The notes beneath the pieces are model-generated. The model had not been told where the DNA came from and did no database searches. It worked only from the letters and a program-made list of their open reading frames with translations. A stretch of 32,904 nt of DNA, taken from the NCBI GenBank assembly GCA_050302295.1, contig JBNLAU010000262.1:1-32904 (forward strand), written 5' to 3'. The position numbers and the translations under genes are program-made. The stretch is from Roseibium sp. (GTDB lineage Bacteria; Pseudomonadota; Alphaproteobacteria; Rhizobiales; Stappiaceae). Positions 26,946 to 32,904 of the stretch are shown piece after piece; position 1 is the stretch's first letter; every line of letters starts with the position of its first letter.

Positions 26946-27744
26946 GGACGACAAAAGCGACGGGCAATCCGGCGGCATTCAATCGCTCGATGCGGCGTTG
27001 CGGCTGCTGAACACCATGGCCGAGCGGCACGGACCGGCCTCCTTGTCGGATCTGGCGCGCGAATGTGACATGCCTCCGAGCAAGGTGCACCGTTATCTTG
27101 CCTCGTTCCAGCATGCGGGTCTGGTTGCGCAGGCCGGCCGCTCGGGAAAATACGACCTCGGCCCCGGCGCCGTCATGCTGGGACTTTCCGCACTTGCCCG
27201 CCACGATTTCGTCAACCGCTCCGCGGACGCCCTGCCCGATCTCTGCGCCGAATCCGGCTTGACCGCTCTTCTGGCGGTCTGGGGCAATCTTGGCCCGACG
27301 GTGGTTCGCTGGGAACGCGCAGCCTCGCCGACGGTAACCTCAATGGGGCTGGGAACGACGCTGCCGCTCCTCAATTCCGCCTCCGGCCGGACCTTTCTCG
27401 CCTGGGCTCCCCCGGCGCCGCTCAAGGCGATCCGCGATGCAGAACTCAGGCGCATCCGGCAGAACCCCGCTTCCGCCGTGGATTTCGAGCCTTCCAATCG
27501 CGGTATCGAAGAGATGATCCAGAGGATTCGCAGCCAGGGCTATGCGGCCGTGGACGGGCGCTTCATTCCCGGCCTGGTAGCCATCGCGGCTCCGATCCTG
27601 GACTGGCAAGGTGAAGCAGAGGCTGCGATCACGCTCGTCGGCACGGACCCGGCAGTGCTCGAGCCCGGCTCGGACGCCGTCCGCCTTCTCCTTGCCTTCT
27701 GCAAGGATCTCTCCTTCGAAACCATTGCCCGGGAGCAGGCCTGA
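26938..27744 (+). CDS. IclR-family transcriptional regulator
   Basis: GIQSLDAALRLL...SLSDLARECDMPPSKVHRYL HTH, SASGR, IRSQGYA, AIAAPILD. Confidence 0.95.
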   Translation: MAKDDKSDGQSGGIQSLDAALRLLNTMAERHGPASLSDLARECDMPPSKVHRYLASFQHAGLVAQAGRSGKYDLGPGAVMLGLSALARHDFVNRSADALPDLCAESGLTALLAVWGNLGPTVVRWERAASPTVTSMGLGTTLPLLNSASGRTFLAWAPPAPLKAIRDAELRRIRQNPASAVDFEPSNRGIEEMIQRIRSQGYAAVDGRFIPGLVAIAAPILDWQGEAEAAITLVGTDPAVLEPGSDAVRLLLAFCKDLSFETIAREQA

Positions 27745-27753
27745 GTCCGTGCC

Positions 27754-28809
27754 CTAGACGGGAAGACCCTCATAGGCTTGCCGCAACAGGTCGCGAACCT
27801 TTACCTCGGTAAGCGGTTCCGGATTCCAGTAAGGATTGGCCAGCGCCTGGGCCGCGGCCCGGTCTATACCGTCGGCCGGCAGGCCGATGTCCTTGAGCGA
27901 GCCCGGTGCTCCGATCCGGCTGCCAAGGGCCTGAAGGCCGCTTGCCGCATCCTCTACCCCGAGCGCGCGTGCCACCGTGGCCGCGGCCTCCGGTGCCGCC
28001 CGGCTGTTATATCGCATTGCATAGGGCAGAATCACCGAATGGGTTTCTGCGTGCGGCAGGCCGAACATGCCGCCGAGCGTATGGCAGAGCTTGTGATGAA
28101 GCGCCATGCCAACGGACCCGAGACAGGCCCCGCACAGCCACGCCCCGTAGAGCGCGTCTGAGCGACCCCCCGGATCGTCCGGAGTTGCCACAACCGCGGG
28201 AAGGGCGCTGGCAAGCGCGGTGATCCCTTCTTCCGCCATGAGGCCGGTGACAGGATTGCAGTCCTGCGCATAAAGCGCTTCAACGGCATGGGCGATCGCA
28301 TTCATCCCGCTGACGGCCGAGATCTTTACCGGCAGGTCGAGTGTCAGGGAAACATCGTAGATCACTGTTTCCGGCAAGACTTTCTCGTCGCGGATGGTCG
28401 TCTTCCGCCCGTCTTCCGTCTGGCCGAGGATCGGCGTCATCTCCGAACCGGAATAGGTGGTCGGCACGACGATTTGCGGCAGGCCCGTGCGCAGCGCGAT
28501 TGCCTTGCCGAGACCCGTGGTCGAGCCACCTCCGATCGCCACCAGCCCGTCCGCCCCGCAGTCTGCGGCCTCGACGACAGCCTTTTGCGTAACACTGACG
28601 GGCGTATGCATGACCGCTTCGGAAAAGATGCCGGCTGCGGCCGGACCGAGTCGTCCGGCAACGTCTTCGGCCAGGGTCCGCCGGCCCGGTGTGGAAAGTA
28701 TGAGGACGCGCGAAACGCCAAGGCGTTCAGCTTCCGCGGCAATCCTGTCGAGCGTGCCGTCTCCGAACAGAACGCGTATGGGAAGTCCATTATAGGTGAA
28801 GGGCTGCAT
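27754..28809 (-). CDS. graC: Maleylacetate reductase
   Basis: AVMHTP, GGGSTTGLGKA, PTTYSGSEMT, NAIAHAVEALY, HHKLCHTLGG, PHAETH. Confidence 0.94.
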   Translation of the reverse strand: MQPFTYNGLPIRVLFGDGTLDRIAAEAERLGVSRVLILSTPGRRTLAEDVAGRLGPAAAGIFSEAVMHTPVSVTQKAVVEAADCGADGLVAIGGGSTTGLGKAIALRTGLPQIVVPTTYSGSEMTPILGQTEDGRKTTIRDEKVLPETVIYDVSLTLDLPVKISAVSGMNAIAHAVEALYAQDCNPVTGLMAEEGITALASALPAVVATPDDPGGRSDALYGAWLCGACLGSVGMALHHKLCHTLGGMFGLPHAETHSVILPYAMRYNSRAAPEAAATVARALGVEDAASGLQALGSRIGAPGSLKDIGLPADGIDRAAAQALANPYWNPEPLTEVKVRDLLRQAYEGLPV

Positions 28810-28810
28810 T

Positions 28811-29695
28811 TCACTCCTCCGCCCGGGTCAGGACGAAATCCCAGTCGACGCTCCAGTATGGCGGCTGAAGCCCTGCGTCTTCGCCCGTTCCCGGCGCTTC
28901 CATCCTGCGGAAATCCGCAATGAGACTTTCCTTCACTCCGAAAACCGCATCCTGGTCAAGATACTCGCAGTCCGGCGGGAAAATATGCGTGATGACCGGC
29001 TCATAACCCGGCGCCGTGATGATGAAGTGAATATGGGCCGCCCGGTTGGGATGGCGGCCGAGCCGGTTGAGCAACTGTCCGACCGGACCATCGTCGGGGA
29101 TCGGATAATAGCGGGGCTTCACCGACCGGAATCGGTAGCTGCCGTTCACGTTCGTGGTGAAAACGCCGCGCAGGTTCCAGTCCGGCTGCACTCCCTTCTG
29201 CTGCACATCATAAAACCCGTCGTCATTCGTCTGCCAGACGTCGATCAGCGCGCCCTCGATAGGCCGGCCTTGCGTGTCGCGCACAACACCGCCGACCACC
29301 AGCGGCTCGCCCTTGCCGTCAAGGCAGATATTCGTCCCGCGATCATAACGGGGCGCCTCCGGCACATAGAAGGGGCCGAGGATCGTATTTTCGGTGGCAC
29401 CGGACGGACGGCGGTGGTTGATGGCGTCCACCAGCATCGATACGCCAAGCACATCGGACAGCAGAATGAATTCCTGCCGCCATTCGTTGCACGTGTGCCC
29501 CGTTCGGGTGAGGAAATCAATCGCGGCCAGCCATTCCTCATGGGTCGGCTCCACCTCCTTCACCGCGGCATGGAGGTGACGCACCACAGCGGACAGGATC
29601 GCACGCAGCCTGGGGTCAGCATCCTCGCCCATGCGCGCATTGACGGCATCTGCCGAGTTTTCTTCCGTGAAAAGGGGATATCGCGTCGTCGTCAT
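28811..29695 (-). CDS. graB: Hydroxyquinol 1,2-dioxygenase (intradiol)
   Basis: RQEFILLSDVLG, TENTILGPFY, GFYDVQ, YYPIPDDGPVG, RAAHIHF (Fe ligands Tyr, Tyr, His, His). Confidence 0.92.
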   Translation of the reverse strand: MTTTRYPLFTEENSADAVNARMGEDADPRLRAILSAVVRHLHAAVKEVEPTHEEWLAAIDFLTRTGHTCNEWRQEFILLSDVLGVSMLVDAINHRRPSGATENTILGPFYVPEAPRYDRGTNICLDGKGEPLVVGGVVRDTQGRPIEGALIDVWQTNDDGFYDVQQKGVQPDWNLRGVFTTNVNGSYRFRSVKPRYYPIPDDGPVGQLLNRLGRHPNRAAHIHFIITAPGYEPVITHIFPPDCEYLDQDAVFGVKESLIADFRRMEAPGTGEDAGLQPPYWSVDWDFVLTRAEE

Positions 29696-29704
29696 GACTG
29701 TACC

Positions 29705-30679
29705 CTAGAGTTTGAACAGCGCCTGCGCATTGGTGCGGCCGATCTTGAGGCGGTCGGCCTCGGAAATGGACGAGCCGTCGAACCAGTCCGCTGCATGATC
29801 GATGTTTTCGAACGGCCAGTCAGTCGAAAAGAGGATCCGGCCGGAACCTATTTCCAGCATCGCATCGATCAGCGTCTGCGTGCGGAAGTTGCCCGAGGTG
29901 GTGATGTAGAAGTTCTCGCTGAAATAGTCCGCGATTCTTCTTTTGGCGGGATAATTCGGCGGCACCTTGACCCAGGCATTGCGGTTGTCGATGCGCCACA
30001 TCATGTAGGGCAGCCCCTCACCCATGTGCCCGAGGATGATGCGCAGGCCCGGATGCTCGTCGAACAGCCCGGAACCCATGAGCCGCAATGCATGGACCGC
30101 CGTTTCCTGGGCAAAGGCCCAGGTGGGCCCCATGAGCCAGGGATGGCCATCGTAGATCCGGCTGTCCTGAGGCAGCGGATTGCGCGGATGGAGATAAAAG
30201 GGGACATCGAGCGCCGCGACGGTCGCCCAGAAGTCCCTGAATTGCGGCAAGTCGTAATAAAGCAGATCTTCGGTGTCCTCGCGCTGGCTGAAGCCGTTGA
30301 CAAGCGCCCCGGCAAAACCCAGCTCCTTCACGCAGCGTTCCAGCTCACGCGTCGCCGCGTCCGGATCCTGCATCGGCAAGGCGGCAAACGCCCGGAAACG
30401 ATCCGGCCGCCTGGCGCATTCCTCCGCCAGAGCGTCGTTGGCACGGCGGGAGATCTCTATCGCCCGTTTCCTTTCCCCGATCGCCTGAACTGCGGGCGCG
30501 TTGAGGGACAGGATCATCAACTCGATCCCGTGCTTGTCCATGAGCTGCAGGCGCTTGTCCTGAATGTCCAGCAATCTCGACTTCAGCTCAACCCAGTAAT
30601 CCTCCGGAACGAACCCCGCTGAATCCATCAGCGTTTCAGGAATGGCGAAATGTTCTTCAAGCGCGATCTTGCCTTGCAT
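29705..30679 (-). CDS. graF: Gamma-resorcylate (2,6-dihydroxybenzoate) decarboxylase
   Basis: MQGKIALEEHFAIPET..SAGFVP, YLHPRNP, GPTWAFAQETAVH, GHMGEGLP, FSTDWPFE; closely matches the recalled Rhizobium GraF/Rdc sequence. Confidence 0.95.
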   Translation of the reverse strand: MQGKIALEEHFAIPETLMDSAGFVPEDYWVELKSRLLDIQDKRLQLMDKHGIELMILSLNAPAVQAIGERKRAIEISRRANDALAEECARRPDRFRAFAALPMQDPDAATRELERCVKELGFAGALVNGFSQREDTEDLLYYDLPQFRDFWATVAALDVPFYLHPRNPLPQDSRIYDGHPWLMGPTWAFAQETAVHALRLMGSGLFDEHPGLRIILGHMGEGLPYMMWRIDNRNAWVKVPPNYPAKRRIADYFSENFYITTSGNFRTQTLIDAMLEIGSGRILFSTDWPFENIDHAADWFDGSSISEADRLKIGRTNAQALFKL

Positions 30680-30697
30680 GTGTCTTCCCTTGGAAAA

Positions 30698-31912
30698 TCA
30701 GTACTGACCTTTGGGCTCAAGGCCGAGCATGTGTTGGCCGACCATGGTGCCGACGGCGTCCCAGTTCATGGAGATGTGGCGGCCAACGGCGTTGGTATCG
30801 CGCCAGGCGCGCTGAACCGGATTTGTGAGATTGAGGCCCAGTCCTCCGGTGGAGGCATTGAGCAGCTCCACCGCCCTCAACGAGAGGCTGACTGCAAAAG
30901 CCTGACCGCGGCGGCTCGCCAGGCGGTCGGCGATGGTGAAGCTGCCCGCAGAACCGGCGAGCTGCTCGGCAATGGCGACATCCTTAAGCAGAATGTCGCG
31001 GGCGGCATCCACGCTCGCCGCCGCTTCGGCAACGCGAAGCTGAATGGTGGGAAACTCCGCCATTCGGTTGTTCGCCCCCGCGACCGCCCCGCGCGTCACC
31101 CGGTTCGAAATGGAGCCGACATAGCTTTCCAGAGCCCCTTTGGCGGCACCAACCCCGGCCGCGGCCAGGCACGAGGGAATGCCCGTCAGGAGGGGCATGT
31201 TGAAAAGGGCCTCGTCCCGATAGACCTCCGCACCCGGCGTCCGGCCGCTGGTGGCGTCGGGAAAGGTCAGCACCCGGTGCGCCGGGACGACGACGTCTTC
31301 AAGGACAAGGGTCTTGGATCCCGTCCCGGCAAGGCCGACCACGTCCCATGTATCTTCGATCGTATAGTCGCGCGCGGGAACCAGAAGGAACGCCGGCACC
31401 GGCCTTCCGTCACCCTCGGCAGGCAGGAGGGCGGCACAGAGCGACCAGTCGGCATTGTTACAGCCACTGGCGAAGGACCAGCGTCCGTTCAATGTGAAGC
31501 CGGCGGCGGAATGCGCGGCCATGTTCATGGGCGCATAGGAACCGCAAAGCAGGGCGTCGGGATTGTCGCCCCAGACATCGTCCTGCGCCGATTTTGGAAA
31601 CATGGCGAGCAGCCATTGATGCGCCGACAAAAGACCGGCGACCCAGCCGGTCGACGCGCAGGCGGCGGACAGTTCGATATTCGCATCCACCAGCTCGGCG
31701 AATGGACGCGGCGAGCCGCCGAAAGCCGCTGGTTTCACTGCATCGAAATAGCCGATTTCACGCAGGGCTGCGATCGAAGAGGCCGGAACACGCCGCGCGC
31801 GTTCCGTTTCCAGTGCAGTCTCCCGGAAGGCCGGCACCAGGTCGCCCAGACGGTCCTTCAGTTCGCAAGCAGCGGTATCCGCTACCCTGGCTTCTCTTAC
31901 GCCATGCATCAC
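30698..31912 (-). CDS. graA: Two-component flavin monooxygenase, oxygenase subunit (resorcinol 4-hydroxylase)
   Basis: Acyl-CoA-dehydrogenase fold: CASTGW, GRWSFASGC, DTWDVVGLAGTGS, QRAWRD...RHISMNWD; lies between reductase and decarboxylase genes. Start GTG 31912 or ATG 31909. Confidence 0.88.
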   Translation of the reverse strand: MMHGVREARVADTAACELKDRLGDLVPAFRETALETERARRVPASSIAALREIGYFDAVKPAAFGGSPRPFAELVDANIELSAACASTGWVAGLLSAHQWLLAMFPKSAQDDVWGDNPDALLCGSYAPMNMAAHSAAGFTLNGRWSFASGCNNADWSLCAALLPAEGDGRPVPAFLLVPARDYTIEDTWDVVGLAGTGSKTLVLEDVVVPAHRVLTFPDATSGRTPGAEVYRDEALFNMPLLTGIPSCLAAAGVGAAKGALESYVGSISNRVTRGAVAGANNRMAEFPTIQLRVAEAAASVDAARDILLKDVAIAEQLAGSAGSFTIADRLASRRGQAFAVSLSLRAVELLNASTGGLGLNLTNPVQRAWRDTNAVGRHISMNWDAVGTMVGQHMLGLEPKGQY

Positions 31913-31990
31913 GATTTCCTCCAGATCGAGCTGCCTTCAGGTTGAAAGGCAAAAAATTGTTCGAGTTCAAAGCGTTACGGTAGATTCACC

Positions 31991-32500
31991 TCAGGCCGCT
32001 GGTTGCGAAACGCAGTAGCGGGCATCTTCGTAGAGAAGCGGGCGGGTCTGATCGTCGGCAACCGTGTCGACAACGCGTCCGATGAACAGCGTGTGCGTGC
32101 CGTAAGGCACAGCGGCGACCCGCCTGCAAATGATGCTGGCATGTGCCTCTTTCAAAATCAGAACACCGGATCCGTGTCTTTGCCATTCGCCGGACACGAA
32201 CCGCTCCTCCGGCGGGACTTGGCCGCTGAAGGCTTCCGACAGGGGGCGCTGTTCCAGCTTCAGCACATTGACGGCGAAGTCGGGACGGCTGAGCAGCATT
32301 TCGTGCAGCAGCGTCCTGTTGTTGACACAGACGGCCAGCGCAGGCGGCTCCATCGACACCGAAGTAACGGCGGTCGCCGTCATTCCGTGATCGGCTCCAT
32401 CGCAATGGCCGGTTATCACCGTCACCGTTGCAGGGAACTTTCGCATTACGGCGCGAAACCCCGCGCTCGGGGCTTCCTTCGGAACCACGTTCAACGTCAT
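31991..32500 (-). CDS. graD: Flavin reductase subunit
   Basis: FRAVMRKFPATVTVIT, GMTATAVTSVSMEPP, GTHTLFIG, PLLY. ATG 32500 has a GGAGG RBS. Confidence 0.92.
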   Translation of the reverse strand: MTLNVVPKEAPSAGFRAVMRKFPATVTVITGHCDGADHGMTATAVTSVSMEPPALAVCVNNRTLLHEMLLSRPDFAVNVLKLEQRPLSEAFSGQVPPEERFVSGEWQRHGSGVLILKEAHASIICRRVAAVPYGTHTLFIGRVVDTVADDQTRPLLYEDARYCVSQPAA

Positions 32501-32530
32501 GGCCTGTCCTCCCGTTACGGAGAGAACATT

Positions 32531-32546
32531 ATTTGCAACTGCAAAT
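32531..32546. promoter_or_regulatory. Candidate MarR (GraR) operator
   Basis: Perfect dyad ATTTGCA-AC-TGCAAAT, 30 bp upstream of graD; a 12/16 copy lies at 32631-32646. Confidence 0.7.
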
Positions 32547-32638
32547 GTTGTCAATGAAAGTGTTTAGCTGATAAAGATCCGGCACGTTGTGTGCAGTCGG
32601 CACGCGCGCTAACTTGCGCGGATCCACAAAAGTTGCGA

Positions 32639-32904
32639 ATGAAAATGACCTACCGATTCACAAGCTCGCTGCCTTACCTTTTGAACCGGGTCGGCGTCCG
32701 AATAGGCGAACTGTTTTCACGACGGCTCACCGAGCGCGGCCTCACCTTGCCCATGTACCGCGTCCTGGCGGTATTGAGGCAGGAAGGCCCGCAGAGACTG
32801 GGCGATCTCAGCTCCATGGTGACCGTCGAAATGTCGACCCTCTCCCGCCTTGTCACGACCATGAAGAAGAACGGGCTGCTCACCCGAACCCGCCCGGACG
32901 ACAA
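32639..32904 (+). CDS. graR: MarR-family regulator, partial (runs off the window edge)
   Basis: Not in ORF track. (MK)MTYRFTSSLPYLLNRVG...GLTLPMYRVLAVL...RLGDLSSMVTVEMSTLSRLV...GLLTRTRPDD; divergent from graD. Confidence 0.9.
   Translation, partial: MKMTYRFTSSLPYLLNRVGVRIGELFSRRLTERGLTLPMYRVLAVLRQEGPQRLGDLSSMVTVEMSTLSRLVTTMKKNGLLTRTRPDD

Noticed and set aside
28796-31945. Long plus-strand ORFs (608 aa, 431 aa) and similar antisense ORFs elsewhere (e.g. 9907-11274, 23452-24741, 24799-26073)
   Set aside because: Shadow frames of well-supported genes in GC-rich DNA, with no recognisable domains.
32501-32554. ORF-track N-terminal extensions (graD to 32554; also 7493, 15373, 16912, 17999, 19075, 26514, 26478, 26845)
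   Set aside because: They run through operators or neighbouring genes; downstream starts match family N-termini and mostly have clear RBSs.
1-32904. CRISPR arrays, tRNA/rRNA genes, integrase, intact IS, prophage or defence genes
   Set aside because: No regularly spaced direct repeats, cloverleaf-like sequences or such ORFs were seen by eye; short ncRNAs cannot be excluded without an Rfam/tRNAscan run.

Overview
GC-rich alphaproteobacterial chromosome segment (Hyphomicrobiales-like gene order; Roseibium/Labrenzia-type host is a guess). The left ~13.4 kb is mostly core genes: purH (partial), heparinase II/III-like protein, rsmB, htpX, DUF1674, SGNH hydrolase, aminotransferase-ftsK-lolA and a stand-alone ATP-grasp gene. 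A ~1.2 kb metal cassette interrupts it: MerR-family regulator with operator, MerT-like protein and an 11-Cys GDCCVxC protein, next to a probable transposase scar. Next come a split PAS + soluble MCP (Aer-like) pair and a membrane fatty-acid desaturase. From 17.3 kb to the end are two converging aromatic-catabolism clusters. (1) A CoA-dependent route to gentisate built on a single 913-aa FAD monooxygenase/benzoate-CoA-ligase fusion. It also has a TAXI-TRAP transporter, a thioesterase, IclR, nagK/nagL-like genes, gentisate dioxygenase, a degenerate mycothiol-type isomerase and an internally deleted salicylate-esterase-like remnant that the ORF track misses. (2) A gamma-resorcylate/resorcinol (gra-like) cluster with a MarR regulator. 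The best candidate for an undescribed system is cluster 1. All homology calls come from motif recognition and recall; no database searches were run. Many start codons were re-picked from RBS context.
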